A DNA stretch of 64,000 bases from Alphaproteobacteria bacterium. Lineage in GTDB: Bacteria; Pseudomonadota; Alphaproteobacteria; SP197. Shown one piece after another: positions 47,590 through 58,151 of this stretch; positions within the stretch are counted from its first letter, which is position 1, and every line of letters begins with the position of its first letter. The notes beneath the pieces were generated by a model. It saw only the letters and a program-made list of their open reading frames with translations, was not told the DNA's origin and did no database searches. The stretch is from NCBI GenBank assembly GCA_964291415.2, contig OZ219917.1, forward strand, positions 1-64,000. Direction: 5' to 3'. The position numbers were made by a program, and so were the translations under genes.

Positions 47590-47780
47590 TGCCAAGTCAA
47601 GACGTGGTGTTGATCCCCGTAGTTCCGGGGAGATCGAAGACACGGCGCAACAGCCACGTGGTTTCGAGCATGACGGCCTTGCCCACCGGGATATCACCCT
47701 CACCGATTGTCGCTCTCGCCCTGATCAGAAACGCCTCCGGTCAGGCATCGGACAACGGCATTGGGGTCAACGGTGCGCAT
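47590..47780 (-). pseudogene. PIN-domain (VapC) toxin remnant
   Basis: MRTVDPNAVVRCLTG (cf. AVDTNVVVRYLT), then a stop/frameshift and GDIPVGKAVMLETTWLLRRVF. Overlaps the antitoxin 3' end. Confidence 0.72.
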
Positions 47781-48042
47781 GCCGACGCCGTGATTCTTCC
47801 AGGATTCCCACCTCCATATCAGCGAGGGATCTGGGCGGAGCATCGCCAGCCAGGCACCCGAAGACATCGTCTGGTCGGGTCGCCGCAAATGCGGGCTCGG
47901 GCTTGAGCAGCACGCCCTCAGCAGTGCTCTCGACCGTCAGGCGGGTTCCGGCGCACCAGCGCAGCGTCTCGCGGACCGCCTTGGGCAACGTGATCCGACC
48001 CCTCGTCGAGACGATGGTGGTGAGCTTGTCGAGCACAGCCAT
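47767..48042 (-). CDS. AbrB/MazE/SpoVT-family antitoxin
   Basis: VSTRGRITLPKAVR..L.W..GTRL.VE.T.EGVLL, DVFGCL. Confidence 0.85.
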   Translation of the reverse strand: MAVLDKLTTIVSTRGRITLPKAVRETLRWCAGTRLTVESTAEGVLLKPEPAFAATRPDDVFGCLAGDAPPRSLADMEVGILEESRRRHAHR

Positions 48043-48252
48043 GCCGATTGTTCTCCGACCTATGTGCCGTTGAGTCGAGTGCAAGATGCATCTTGGGAGA
48101 TGTTGAGCCAAGTGCGATTCTCAGGCGTACCGCGCCGGTTGATGACACAAGCTGTCGTGGCCGTCGGCACGACAGACCGAAATCCGCCAGCAGGTGTTCT
48201 ATGGGTGATGGCCTGGCGATACCATGACCGGAATCAGCAACGCGTGAACCCG

Positions 48253-49623
48253 ATGACCGACATGCCGACCAATTCACCGATCGTCGCCGCCTGGCTGGAG
48301 AGAACCAAAGGTTCGCGCGATCTCGCCCGCGAGGCCGGCGGGATCTTTCCCAGTGGCGTGACCCACGATTCCCGGTACCGGGAGCCCTACGGACTCTACG
48401 TCGATCACGCCAGGGGGAGCCGCAAGTGGGATGTCGACGGCAACGAGTATGTCGACTTCTTCGGTGGTCACGGCTCGCTCATCCTCGGGCACGGCAACCC
48501 GGCGGTCATGGAAGCGGTGAGACAGGCCGTTGGCGAGGGCACCCACTTCGGTGCTGGTCACAGGGCGGAAGTGCGCTGGGGTCGCACGGTGTGCGATCTT
48601 GTGCCCTCGGCGGAACGCGTGCGGTTCGTCTCCTCGGGCACCGAGGCAACCCTGATGTGCCTGCGTCTCGCCCGCGCGTTCACAGGCCGGCGCAGGGTGC
48701 TGCGCTTCACCCATCACTTTCACGGCTGGCACGACCATGTTGCCTCGGCCCGGGTCTCGAGCGGCGGTGACCTTGCGGCGGGCGTCGTCCCGGGAGTCGA
48801 GGAGGATCTCCTCGTGGTCGAGGCCGGCGACCACGCCGCACTGCGGGAAGCGTTCCGCACCCACGACGACATCGCCGCTGCCATCATCGAACCGACGGGC
48901 GCCACGTTCGGCCGGGTACCGGTCGATCCGGATTTCGTCCGGCGCTTGCGTGACGAGACAGATCGTCACGGAGCCCTCCTCATCCTCGACGAGGTCGTCA
49001 CCGGATTCCGCGTCTCGCCGGGCGGTGCCCAGACGACGCTCGGAATCACGCCCGATCTCACGGCCCTGGCGAAGATCCTGGCAGGCGGTCTTCCCGGCGG
49101 CGCGGTGGCCGGACGGAGGGATGTCTTGGACATGCTCGATTTCGAGGCCACGCACCGGGATGGCCGCGTCAAGGTCGACCACTTCGGCACCTTCAACGCC
49201 AATCCGGTTTCGGCCGCCGCCGGTATCGCCGCCCTGGACCAGATCGCCGACGGCGCCATCTGCGCGCGCGCCAGCGCCAACGCAGCCGCGCTGCGGGACG
49301 GCATCAACCGCGTCGTCAGCGAAACCGGTGTCTCCTGGGCCGCATACGGAACCCATTCCTCCTTCCACATCTTCCTCAATCCCCGCCGCCTCGACGTGGC
49401 GCCGGGTTCCCTCGACGATTCCGGCGTGTCGCCCGATGACCTGCTCTACCTGCCGAAGCCTCTCGCCACCCGGTTCGATCTCGCCATGATGCTGGGCGGC
49501 GTCACCATGGGCGGATCGCCCGGCGGCTACGTGTCGGGCGTCATGGATGGCGCCGATGTCGACGTGACGGTGGACGCGGTGCGCGATGCCATCCGCATGC
49601 TGCGCGCCGAGGACGCACTGTGA
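48253..49623 (+). CDS. Class III aminotransferase, glutamate-1-semialdehyde aminomutase-like
   Basis: WDVDGNEYVD, SGTEAT, DEVVTGFR..PGGAQ, AKILAGGLPGGAV, GTFNANP. Confidence 0.85.
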   Translation: MTDMPTNSPIVAAWLERTKGSRDLAREAGGIFPSGVTHDSRYREPYGLYVDHARGSRKWDVDGNEYVDFFGGHGSLILGHGNPAVMEAVRQAVGEGTHFGAGHRAEVRWGRTVCDLVPSAERVRFVSSGTEATLMCLRLARAFTGRRRVLRFTHHFHGWHDHVASARVSSGGDLAAGVVPGVEEDLLVVEAGDHAALREAFRTHDDIAAAIIEPTGATFGRVPVDPDFVRRLRDETDRHGALLILDEVVTGFRVSPGGAQTTLGITPDLTALAKILAGGLPGGAVAGRRDVLDMLDFEATHRDGRVKVDHFGTFNANPVSAAAGIAALDQIADGAICARASANAAALRDGINRVVSETGVSWAAYGTHSSFHIFLNPRRLDVAPGSLDDSGVSPDDLLYLPKPLATRFDLAMMLGGVTMGGSPGGYVSGVMDGADVDVTVDAVRDAIRMLRAEDAL

Positions 49624-49689
49624 TCGCGTAGCGCGCCCTTGCCCACGCGCCGACTGGCGGTGCTGTCTTTCTGCCGCAACCGATACAGG

Positions 49690-49883
49690 TTCCGGGACGC
49701 TGACGTGTCGTTTCCGCAGCCCCGTCTGCCGCTTCGCCGAAGATCTCGATGTCCTTCATCAACTGAAAGATCGAGCCGACGGTTCGTGTCGAGACCGGCC
49801 TGCTCTCGTTGTTGGGTGAAGGACAGTGCTCTGCAGGCAGCCTTCGGCATGTGCCGCAATCGGATCTCGTCACTGTCGCGCAT
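49690..49883 (-). pseudogene. HEPN/DUF86 (HepT) toxin remnant
   Basis: MRDSDEIRLRHM...LD..R.L, a frameshift, then LMKDIEIFGEAA. Truncated before the R-x4-H catalytic motif. Confidence 0.75.
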
Positions 49884-50190
49884 ACTGGACAACCGCCTTG
49901 TCGAGGACGTCCTGGCGGAAATAGCGGCTCAGATCCTGAGGCGTTCGCAGGTCGACTTTCCGTCCACCGAACAATGCGGACAGTTCAATCTCGAGTCCGG
50001 CGATGCCGAGCAGGCCAGGGGATCGTCCCTCCACGAACTCAACCAGCACATCAACATCGCTGTCGGGACCAAAATCCGCTCGCAGTGCCGAACCGAACAG
50101 TGCAAGCCAACGGATGTCATGCATCCGGCAGAAAGCAGCGAGTTCCGCTTTCGGGATCGACAACTGCGGGTTGATACCTGGCGCTGTCAT
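49870..50190 (-). CDS. Minimal nucleotidyltransferase (MntA) antitoxin
   Basis: LALFGSALR.DFGPDSDVDVLVEF, KVDL.T...LSRYFR. Confidence 0.9.
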   Translation of the reverse strand: MTAPGINPQLSIPKAELAAFCRMHDIRWLALFGSALRADFGPDSDVDVLVEFVEGRSPGLLGIAGLEIELSALFGGRKVDLRTPQDLSRYFRQDVLDKAVVQYARQ

Positions 50191-50382
50191 CTGAGCATGT
50201 CCAATTCAAACGTCGTTTTCCTGGACGGGTTCCGTTTCCCGTTCGTCGTCATCGTCCAGGGCGGAACCCCTGGTGCGGAGGCAGTCTGGCCGTCTCCACC
50301 CAAGGTATCCGACGGTTCCGGTCATCAACGCTGTTGAGGGATCGGAGGTTCCGCTCGTCCGGGTGCACGGGGAGCGGCATCA

Positions 50383-50778
50383 TCACTCGCTCTCGAGGCG
50401 TTCCATGTCGTCGTCCGACAGTCCGAAGTGGTGGCCGATCTCGTGGATGATCGTGTTGTGCACGAGGTCCTCGAGGGAGTCGTCGCCTTCGGCCCAGGCA
50501 TCGAGGAGCGGGCGCCGGTAGAGATAGATGCGGTTGAGGTCGTCCATCACGTCGTGGCCGGAGGCCTGGTCGAGGGAAATCCCTTGGTAGAGCCCGAGGA
50601 GACCGAATTCGCTGTCGATGCCAAGGGAGTCCAGGACTTCCGCTTCGGGGAACTCGGTCACGAGAATGGCGATGCCTTCGATGCGGGCCTTCAGGTTTTC
50701 GGGAATCATGGCGATTGCGTCGTCGGCGATCGCCGCGATCTCGTCGGCGTCGGGAGGTGGGCCGAAACGTCGCGTCAT
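50383..50778 (-). CDS. Zincin-like metallopeptidase family protein
   Basis: [24 protein letters not shown]. Confidence 0.88.
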   Translation of the reverse strand: MTRRFGPPPDADEIAAIADDAIAMIPENLKARIEGIAILVTEFPEAEVLDSLGIDSEFGLLGLYQGISLDQASGHDVMDDLNRIYLYRRPLLDAWAEGDDSLEDLVHNTIIHEIGHHFGLSDDDMERLESE

Positions 50779-50862
50779 GGGGCCCGGACCATAGCCTCTC
50801 TTGCCGAAGCGGCCAACTCGCCGGACAATCGGCGGCGGATGGGGACCAAGGGGGACCGTTCA

Positions 50863-51189
50863 GTGGCCGACACGCTCGCTCAAGGAACGCTCGACGAGGC
50901 GCTCGCCTCCCTGCCGGACTGGGCCGTGGCCGACGGCGGGGCGGCGCTGGAACGGTCCTACCGCTTCAGCGACTTCATGACGGCGTTCGGCTTCATGGGC
51001 CGCGTCGCCGTCTACGCCGACGTCGTCGATCACCATCCCGAGTGGTTCAACGTCTACAACCGCGTCGACGTCACGCTGACGAGCCACGATGCCGGCGGCA
51101 TCACGCGCCGTGACATCGCGATGGCCCGCTTCATGGACCGTGCGGCCAGGAAGTCGGGAATGCCGGCGCGCGAGACCGGTGGCAGCTGA
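50863..51189 (+). CDS. phhB: 4a-hydroxytetrahydrobiopterin dehydratase
   Basis: [27 protein letters not shown]. Confidence 0.9.
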   Translation: MADTLAQGTLDEALASLPDWAVADGGAALERSYRFSDFMTAFGFMGRVAVYADVVDHHPEWFNVYNRVDVTLTSHDAGGITRRDIAMARFMDRAARKSGMPARETGGS

Positions 51190-53141
51190 TGAACGACGTT
51201 CTCTGGTCCCCTGGCGAGGAGCGCCGGGAGGCAACAGCCCTGAATCAGTTCCGGCGCCTGGCCGAGGAGGCGAGCGGACGGTCGTTCCCGGACTACGAGT
51301 CGCTGTGGCGCTGGTCCATCGATGACCGGGCGTCCTTCTGGGCGCTCGTCTGGAGGTTCGCCGGTGTCAGGGCGTCCCGAGGATGGGAGACGGTTCTCGA
51401 GAATGGCGATGCCATGCCCGGGGCCCGCTGGTTCACCGGGGCCCGCCTCAACTATGCCGAGAACCTGCTCTGCAAGCGCGACGACACCATGGCCATCGTG
51501 TGCCGCGGAGAGGGTGGCCGCCGGCGCGCCATGACCTTCGCGGATCTCCACGACGCGGTCGCGGCCATGAGCGCCTGGCTCGGCAAGCAGGGAGTCCGCC
51601 GCGGCGATCGTGTCGCGGGGTATCTCCCCAATCTGCCCGAGACCATCGTCGCCAAGCTGGCGACGGCCAGCCTGGGCGCGGTGTGGTCGTCCTCGTCGCC
51701 GGATTTCGGAACCAGGGGCGTCCTCGACCGCTTCGGCCAGATTGACCCGAAGGTGCTGATCACCGCCGACGGCTATCTTTATGGCGGCCGCCATTTCGAC
51801 AGCAGGCCAAGGGTGGCGGAGATTCTGGATGCCATGCCGGGCATCGGGCACGTCGTCGTCGTTCCCTGGGCGGACCAGGACTGCGACACGGGGGGTCTGC
51901 GGGATGCCGTGACCTGGAAGGAGGTGATGGCGACATCCCATGACGGCATCGACTTCGAACAGGTGCCGTTCGATCACCCCCTCGCCATTCTCTATTCCTC
52001 GGGCACCACGGGCGCGCCCAAGTGCATCGTCCACGGGCATGGCGGCACCCTCCTCCAGCACCTCAAGGAACATCGGCTGCATTGCGACATTCGCGACGGA
52101 GACCGTCTGTTCTACTTCTCGACCTGCGGCTGGATGATGTGGAACTGGCAGGTGAGCGCCCTGGCGACGGGGGCCACCCTGGCGATCTACGAGGGTCATC
52201 CGGCATCGCCGGACGGCCATGTCCTGTGGGACTTCTGCCAGGAGGAGCGGTTCACCGCATTCGGCGCCTCGGCAAAGTACTTCGCGGCCATCGAAAAGGA
52301 GGGGATCCGGCCGGCCCTGAGTCACGATCTCGAGGATCTCCGCCTCGTTCTCTCCACGGGCTCGCCCCTGGCGCCAGGGAGCTTCGACTACATCTATCGC
52401 GACGTGAAGGAGGATGTTCAGCTGGCGTCGATATCCGGCGGAACGGACATCATCTCCTGCTTCGTTCTCGGCAACCCCGAGGGCGCCGTGCGCCGCGGGG
52501 AAATCCAGGCGCGCGGTCTCGGCATGGCCGTCGACATCTTCGATGACCGCGGCAACAGCCTCCCTGCCGGCCGGACAGGTGAACTCGTGTGCACGCGGCC
52601 CTTCCCCTCCATGCCGGTGGGATTCTGGAACGACGACGACGGCAGCCTCTACCACCAGGCCTACTTCGACACGTTCGACAACGTCTGGCGGCACGGCGAT
52701 TGGGCCGAGATCACGGCCGCCGGCGGCATCGTCATTCACGGACGTTCCGACACCGTGCTCAATCCCGGCGGCGTGCGCATCGGCACCGCCGAGATCTACC
52801 GCCAGGTGGACATCTTCGAGGAAATCCAGGAGAGCCTCGCCGTCGGCCAGGATGTGGCCGGCGATGTCCGCATCATTCTCTTCGTGGTCATGCAACCGGG
52901 CCATGAACTCGACGACGACCTCGTTTCCAGGATTCGCACGCGGATCCGGACCCACGCGTCTCCCCGCCACACCCCGGCACGGATCGTCGCGGTGGCCGAC
53001 ATCCCGCGCACCCGGTCCAACAAGATCAGCGAACTCGCCGTGCGTCACGTCATTCACGGCCGGCCGGTCGCCAACACCGAGGCCCTTGCCAATCCCGAAT
53101 CGCTGAGCCTCTTCGAGAACCTGGAGGCCCTGAAGGACTGA
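51189..53141 (+). CDS. Acetoacetate-CoA ligase
   Basis: YSSGTTGAPKCIVHG.GG.L, TCGWMMWNW, SISGGTDI, HGRSD..LNPGGVRIGT, ALANP. Confidence 0.95.
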   Translation: MNDVLWSPGEERREATALNQFRRLAEEASGRSFPDYESLWRWSIDDRASFWALVWRFAGVRASRGWETVLENGDAMPGARWFTGARLNYAENLLCKRDDTMAIVCRGEGGRRRAMTFADLHDAVAAMSAWLGKQGVRRGDRVAGYLPNLPETIVAKLATASLGAVWSSSSPDFGTRGVLDRFGQIDPKVLITADGYLYGGRHFDSRPRVAEILDAMPGIGHVVVVPWADQDCDTGGLRDAVTWKEVMATSHDGIDFEQVPFDHPLAILYSSGTTGAPKCIVHGHGGTLLQHLKEHRLHCDIRDGDRLFYFSTCGWMMWNWQVSALATGATLAIYEGHPASPDGHVLWDFCQEERFTAFGASAKYFAAIEKEGIRPALSHDLEDLRLVLSTGSPLAPGSFDYIYRDVKEDVQLASISGGTDIISCFVLGNPEGAVRRGEIQARGLGMAVDIFDDRGNSLPAGRTGELVCTRPFPSMPVGFWNDDDGSLYHQAYFDTFDNVWRHGDWAEITAAGGIVIHGRSDTVLNPGGVRIGTAEIYRQVDIFEEIQESLAVGQDVAGDVRIILFVVMQPGHELDDDLVSRIRTRIRTHASPRHTPARIVAVADIPRTRSNKISELAVRHVIHGRPVANTEALANPESLSLFENLEALKD

Positions 53142-53296
53142 ATATCGCCACACGATCCCCTGCCGGATGTGACAAGGATGGGAATGTCCCTCTTCGAGAG
53201 GTGGCAGGGGTGGGCGTGAATCGGCGGGATGATCTGTGCTATGGATTTCAGATGGTGACGACACCCACAACCACGACACGGGACGGAACGGCTGTC

Positions 53297-53818
53297 ATGA
53301 ACCTGAGTTCGCGCATCTTCTCATGCTGTCTGCTGGTTCTCGCACTCCTCGTGCCGGGGCCCGAAGCCGGGGCCGAGGAGCCGAAATCGCTGGGCACCTT
53401 CCGGGACTGGTCGGCCTTCGGCTACACCGATGGCGACACGCTGGTCTGCTTCATCGCCAGCCAGCCGACGAAGGCGGAAGGCAACTACACCCAGCGCGGC
53501 GACATCTGGATACTCGTCACGCATCGTTCTCCGGCAGGCGAACGGGATGTCGTCCAGGTCCGCACGGGCTACAACTACATGGAGAATGCGCCGGTCACGG
53601 TGACGATCGGCGACGAGACCTTCACCCTGTTCGGCGAGGGCGAGAGCGCCTGGGCATTCACCCGCCATGACGACAGGGACCTCGTGACCGCCATGAAGGC
53701 CGGTGTCCGCATGGTCATCGAGGGGCGCTCCTGGCGGGGCACCGTGACCACCGATACCTACTCGCTGCTGGGCTTCACGGCTGCCTACGACGTCATCAGC
53801 CAGACCTGCGCCGAATGA
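53297..53818 (+). CDS. Invasion-associated locus B (IalB) family protein
   Basis: Signal peptide, F.DW.A..., C.I.S.P, T.DTYSL.GFTAA...I...C; conserved position upstream of rlmN. Confidence 0.8.
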   Translation: MNLSSRIFSCCLLVLALLVPGPEAGAEEPKSLGTFRDWSAFGYTDGDTLVCFIASQPTKAEGNYTQRGDIWILVTHRSPAGERDVVQVRTGYNYMENAPVTVTIGDETFTLFGEGESAWAFTRHDDRDLVTAMKAGVRMVIEGRSWRGTVTTDTYSLLGFTAAYDVISQTCAE

Positions 53819-54918
53819 CGGGTGACCGGGTGAATCTCATCGGACTGGACCGGAGCGAACTTGCTGACGTCGTCGCCGGTCTCGGTGAGGCCCCGTTCCG
53901 CGTCAAGCAGCTCTGGCACTGGATCTATTGCCGCGGGGTCACGAATTTCGCGGACATGACCTCCCTGTCGGGAGCCTTGCGCGAGAGATTCGCGGCGTCC
54001 TTCAGTCTCGACCGGCCCGACGTGGTGCGCCACCAGAAGAGCGCGGACGGGACCATGAAGTGGCTGCTCGGCATGGACCGGCGCCACCTCGTCGAGAGCG
54101 TGTACATCCCGCAGGACGACAGGGGCGCGCTCTGCATGTCGTCCCAGGTCGGCTGCACGCTGACCTGCAGGTTCTGCCACACCGGAACGCAGCGTCTCGT
54201 GCGCAACCTGGAACCCGGAGAGATCGTCGGCCAGTTCATGCTCGCCCGCGATACCCTGGGCGAGTGGCCGGCTCCGCTGGACGGCAAACGGCTGCTCTCC
54301 AACATCGTCATGATGGGCATGGGAGAACCGCTCTACAATTTCGACAACGTCAAGACGGCCCTCGCCATCATCATGGACCCGGAAGGGATCGCCCTGTCGC
54401 GCCGGCGCATCACGCTGTCGACCGCGGGCGTGGTGCCGATGATGAAGCGATGTGGCGAGGAACTGGGCGTCGATCTTGCCGTCTCCCTGCATGCGGTCAA
54501 CGACGAAGTCCGCACCCGTCTCGTCCCCCTCAACAGGAAGTACCCGATCGGCGAGCTTCTCGATGCCTGCCGGGCCTACCCCGGAGCCGGCAATGCGCGG
54601 CGCATCACCTTCGAGTACGTCATGCTCAAGGACGTCAACGATTCGGATGCCGATGCCCGCGAACTGGTCCGCCTGCTCAAGGGAATCCCGGCCAAGGTCA
54701 ACCTCATCCCGTTCAATGCCTGGCCCGGAGCCCCCTTCGAATGTTCTCCGGCCAGGCGGATTGCCTCCTTCGCCGGCATCGTCAATGACGGCGGTTATTC
54801 CGCTCCCGTCCGCCGACCGCGCGGACGCGACATCATGGCCGCCTGCGGACAGCTCAAGTCCGACACGGTCAAGATGCCCCGCAGCGCCATGACATCCGCC
54901 CCGCTCCCTGCCTTGTGA
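53815..54918 (+). CDS. rlmN: Dual-specificity RNA methyltransferase RlmN
   Basis: [34 protein letters not shown]. Confidence 0.97.
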   Translation: MTGDRVNLIGLDRSELADVVAGLGEAPFRVKQLWHWIYCRGVTNFADMTSLSGALRERFAASFSLDRPDVVRHQKSADGTMKWLLGMDRRHLVESVYIPQDDRGALCMSSQVGCTLTCRFCHTGTQRLVRNLEPGEIVGQFMLARDTLGEWPAPLDGKRLLSNIVMMGMGEPLYNFDNVKTALAIIMDPEGIALSRRRITLSTAGVVPMMKRCGEELGVDLAVSLHAVNDEVRTRLVPLNRKYPIGELLDACRAYPGAGNARRITFEYVMLKDVNDSDADARELVRLLKGIPAKVNLIPFNAWPGAPFECSPARRIASFAGIVNDGGYSAPVRRPRGRDIMAACGQLKSDTVKMPRSAMTSAPLPAL

Positions 54919-54925
54919 GGAACCG

Positions 54926-56155
54926 ATGGACAAGCGACACAGCTGGCCCGACAACCACTGGAACTGGCCGATTGCCATCAACCACAAGCACGGTGTGCGC
55001 TGTGGCTCGATGATCTGGCTGGGAGGCCAGGTCGATCTTTCTCCCGACGGAGTGGTCCGCAATCCCGGGAACATCGAAGCCCAGACCGGCAATGCGATGG
55101 CCTATCTCGTCCGGGTCCTGGAGGATCTCGACTGCGTGCCGGAGGATCTCGTCACGCTTCTCATATTCTACGTCAACGATGGTTCCCTCGACGAACCGGA
55201 TGTTCTCGCCATGGTGGCGCGTCATCTCCCGAACGACTGCCGTCTCACCGTCAACGCCGTTCCGGTTCCCTGGCTCGCCTACGACGGTCTCATGATCGAG
55301 ATCGAGGGCTATGCCATGCGCCGCGAGGACGGCACGCCGACGCGCAGGGACATCGCTCCGGGACGGTCCGGCTCTCCGCTTGCAGCACCCTGGGTGGAGG
55401 GGCTGCGGTCGGACAGCATGATCTTCGTGTCGGCGCAGTACCCCTTCGACGGCGACGGCCACGTCGCGGCAGGGGGCGACATCGTTGCCCAGACCAGGCT
55501 GGTCATGGAGCGCGCAGGGCACGTCCTCGATCACTTCGGCGCCCGATTCGACGACGCGGTCAAGATCAACCGCTGGTATGCCGGCGGCTCCGGCATTGCC
55601 GACTTCGAGGCAGCCGCCCTCGCCTGCGCGGCACATTTCAATGAGCCCGGACCGGCCGCCACCGGCGTCCCCATCCCACGTCATGCCGACCGCGACGTCC
55701 TCATCAAGATTTCCATGGTCGCCATGCTCGGCGAGGATGGCGAACATCTCGAGCGCACCCACGTGTGGCCCGACAGTCTGTGGGACTGGCATGTGCATCT
55801 TCCCTACAAGCACGGGCTCAAGTGCCAGGACATGATTTTCCTTGGCGGCCAGGTCTCCCTCGACCGGCAGGGCACGGCGGTTCACCCGGACGATCTCTCG
55901 CGCCAGACACACCAGGCGATGATCCATATCGGCACCATTCTCGAAGCTCTCGGGGCCGGCTACGACGACGTCTGCAAGGTCACGACGGTCTACAAGGGCG
56001 ATTGCGGCGCCGAGGCGCTCAACGCCAACCTGCCCATCCGCTCGTCCTACTTCCACGACCCCGGTCCCGCCTCCACCGGCGTGCCGCTTCCGGTCCTGGC
56101 CTACGATTCCATGGTGATCGAGATCGATGTCTTCGCCATGAAAGGGTCCTCATGA
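54926..56155 (+). CDS. Protein of three tandem Rid (YjgF/UK114) domains
   Basis: Three repeats of MI(W/F)(L/V)(GGQ/SAQ)...QT..(A/V)M...L...D.(V)K/T... ending in IEIE/IKIS/IEID. Confidence 0.8.
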   Translation: MDKRHSWPDNHWNWPIAINHKHGVRCGSMIWLGGQVDLSPDGVVRNPGNIEAQTGNAMAYLVRVLEDLDCVPEDLVTLLIFYVNDGSLDEPDVLAMVARHLPNDCRLTVNAVPVPWLAYDGLMIEIEGYAMRREDGTPTRRDIAPGRSGSPLAAPWVEGLRSDSMIFVSAQYPFDGDGHVAAGGDIVAQTRLVMERAGHVLDHFGARFDDAVKINRWYAGGSGIADFEAAALACAAHFNEPGPAATGVPIPRHADRDVLIKISMVAMLGEDGEHLERTHVWPDSLWDWHVHLPYKHGLKCQDMIFLGGQVSLDRQGTAVHPDDLSRQTHQAMIHIGTILEALGAGYDDVCKVTTVYKGDCGAEALNANLPIRSSYFHDPGPASTGVPLPVLAYDSMVIEIDVFAMKGSS

Positions 56156-57408
56156 GCGATGTCAGGAAAGTCGTCCTCGCCTACTCCGGGGGACTCGACA
56201 CATCGGTCATCCTGCGCTGGCTCCAGGACGCCTGGCAGTGCGAGGTGGTGACGTTCACGGCGGACCTCGGACAGGGCGAGGATCTCGAGCCCGCTCGCGC
56301 CAAGGCGGCCATGATGGGCGTGAAGGAGATCTTCGTCGAGGATCTGCGCGAGGAGTTTGCCCGGAACTTCGTATGGCCGATGTTCCGGGCCAACGCTCTT
56401 TACGAGGGCGTCTACCTTCTCGGCACGGCGATCGCCCGGCCGCTCATTGCCATGCGCCAGATCGCGATCGCCCATGAGACAGGCGCCGATGCGGTGGCCC
56501 ATGGCGCGACGGGCAAGGGCAATGACCAGGTCCGGTTCGAACTCGGCTACCAGGCGCTCGATCCCGATATCAGGGTGATCGCCCCGTGGCGCGAATGGGA
56601 CCTCGGATCGCGGACGAAACTGATCGCCTACGCCGAGAGCCGGCAGATCCCCATTCCCCGCGACAGCCGGGGCGAGGCCCCCTTCTCGGTCGACGCCAAC
56701 CTCCTTCACATATCGGCCGAGGGAAAGGTCCTGGAGGACCCGGCGTCGGCGCCTCCCGATCACGTCTGGTCACGGACCGTCTCCCCACAGGACGCTCCGG
56801 ATGTTCCCACGGACGTGGAGATCGCCTTCGACAAGGGCGATGCCGTGGCTGTCGACGGCGAGGACCTGTCGCCGGCGAACCTGCTCGCCCGTCTCAACGA
56901 TCTCGGCGGCGCCAATGGCATCGGCCGTGTCGACATGGTGGAGAACCGTTTTGTCGGGATGAAGAGCCGCGGTGTCTACGAGACACCGGGAGGCACCATC
57001 CTGATCGCCGCCCACCGGGCCATGGAGTCGCTCACCCTCGACAGGGGTGCCGCCCATCTCAAGGACGAGCTCATGCCGCGGTATGCGGAACTCATCTACA
57101 ACGGATTCTGGTTCTCGCCGGAACGCGAGATGCTCCAGGCGCTCATCGACCGCAGCCAGGAACACGTCTCCGGAACGGTGCGCCTGACCCTCTACAAGGG
57201 AAACGTCACCGTGACCGGACGCCAGTCACCGCACTCGCTCTACAGCCTGGCCCACGTCACCTTCGAGGAGGACGCCGTCTACAACCAGCGCGACGCCGAG
57301 GGGTTCATCCGCCTCAATGCGCTGCGCCTCGCGCTGGCCAGCAAACGCGTATCGAAGGCTCCCGTGGTCCCTCCGACCGGCACCAAGCGGCCACGTCAAC
57401 AGCCATGA
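56152..57408 (+). CDS. argG: Argininosuccinate synthase
   Basis: [40 protein letters not shown]. Confidence 0.98.
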   Translation: MSDVRKVVLAYSGGLDTSVILRWLQDAWQCEVVTFTADLGQGEDLEPARAKAAMMGVKEIFVEDLREEFARNFVWPMFRANALYEGVYLLGTAIARPLIAMRQIAIAHETGADAVAHGATGKGNDQVRFELGYQALDPDIRVIAPWREWDLGSRTKLIAYAESRQIPIPRDSRGEAPFSVDANLLHISAEGKVLEDPASAPPDHVWSRTVSPQDAPDVPTDVEIAFDKGDAVAVDGEDLSPANLLARLNDLGGANGIGRVDMVENRFVGMKSRGVYETPGGTILIAAHRAMESLTLDRGAAHLKDELMPRYAELIYNGFWFSPEREMLQALIDRSQEHVSGTVRLTLYKGNVTVTGRQSPHSLYSLAHVTFEEDAVYNQRDAEGFIRLNALRLALASKRVSKAPVVPPTGTKRPRQQP

Positions 57409-57471
57409 CAGGACGATCCACGGAGAAGCCTGCGCGTTCGGATTCCCGCACGGCTCGGGTCTTGCAGCCGG

Positions 57472-57498
57472 CAAGGGTGGCATGGTTTGCCACCCTTG
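57472..57498. promoter_or_regulatory. 11-bp inverted repeat (parDE operator or argG terminator)
   Basis: CAAGGGTGGCA-tggtt-TGCCACCCTTG between argG and parD. Confidence 0.5.
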
Positions 57499-57534
57499 AG
57501 GTAGGGTGGAGCAAACCCAACAGGGAATTCGAAC

Positions 57535-57816
57535 ATGCCAGCAAGCCATGCCCGAAACGTCGCGCTCACGCACGAACTCGCCCGGTTCGTCGACGATCTG
57601 GTAGCCGGCGGCGCCTACAATAGCGCAAGCGAGGTGGTGCGCGATGCGCTGCGTGAGCTCCAGCGTCGCACACGTGCCGACCAACTGACCGAAATCCGCG
57701 CGCGGGTCGGCATCGGGCTCGACCAGCTCGACCGCGGCGAGGGCCGTAGCGGCGCACCTGACGCCGTGATTGGCGACATCTTCAAGGAGGGGACGCGCCT
57801 GCACCGCGATCGATGA
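57535..57816 (+). CDS. parD: ParD-family antitoxin (CopG/Arc/MetJ)
   Basis: NV.LT.EL..FVD..V..G.YNSASEVVRDALR. Confidence 0.9.
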   Translation: MPASHARNVALTHELARFVDDLVAGGAYNSASEVVRDALRELQRRTRADQLTEIRARVGIGLDQLDRGEGRSGAPDAVIGDIFKEGTRLHRDR

Positions 57817-58151
57817 AGACGGTCGTCTTCGCGCCCGCCGCGCTCGACCGGCTGGCCGAACTCCTCGCCTGGACCGTCGAGCGGTTCGGCGCCGCGCAGG
57901 CGGAGGCCTATGGGGCGCGGCTCGCGGGGCGGCTGGAGGCGCTCGCCGCGGGCGAGGGGCCGAGGGCGCAGCCATGTGAGCGGCTGATGCGCGGTGTGCG
58001 CGAGGTATCGGGGCTCGCGTTCTATCGCGAGGGCTCGCACTACCTGATTCTTCGCGATGGACCGGAGACGCTCGAAGTCGTTGAAATCTTCCACCAGCGC
58101 ATGAACATCGAGGCGCACCTGGAGCGTATGACGGGCCAGGAGCCATCCTGA
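57813..58151 (+). CDS. parE: ParE/RelE-family toxin
   Basis: APAA...L..L..WT.ERFG..QAEAY, HY.I, IFHQRM; ATGA overlap with parD. Confidence 0.88.
   Translation: MKTVVFAPAALDRLAELLAWTVERFGAAQAEAYGARLAGRLEALAAGEGPRAQPCERLMRGVREVSGLAFYREGSHYLILRDGPETLEVVEIFHQRMNIEAHLERMTGQEPS

Noticed and set aside
48253-49623. Bona fide hemL
   Set aside because: It lacks the typical GGVNSPVRAF N-terminal motif (reads SGVTHDSR), so it is more likely a paralogue with another substrate.
50200-50380. Possible group II intron or MITE remnant
   Set aside because: No domain V/VI consensus, terminal inverted repeats or second copy in the window.
51054-53279. Long antisense ORFs (for example 51054-53279, 30954-32684, 59651-61420, 8364-10148, 25649-27223)
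   Set aside because: These are shadow frames of well-supported genes in high-GC DNA, with no recognisable motifs.
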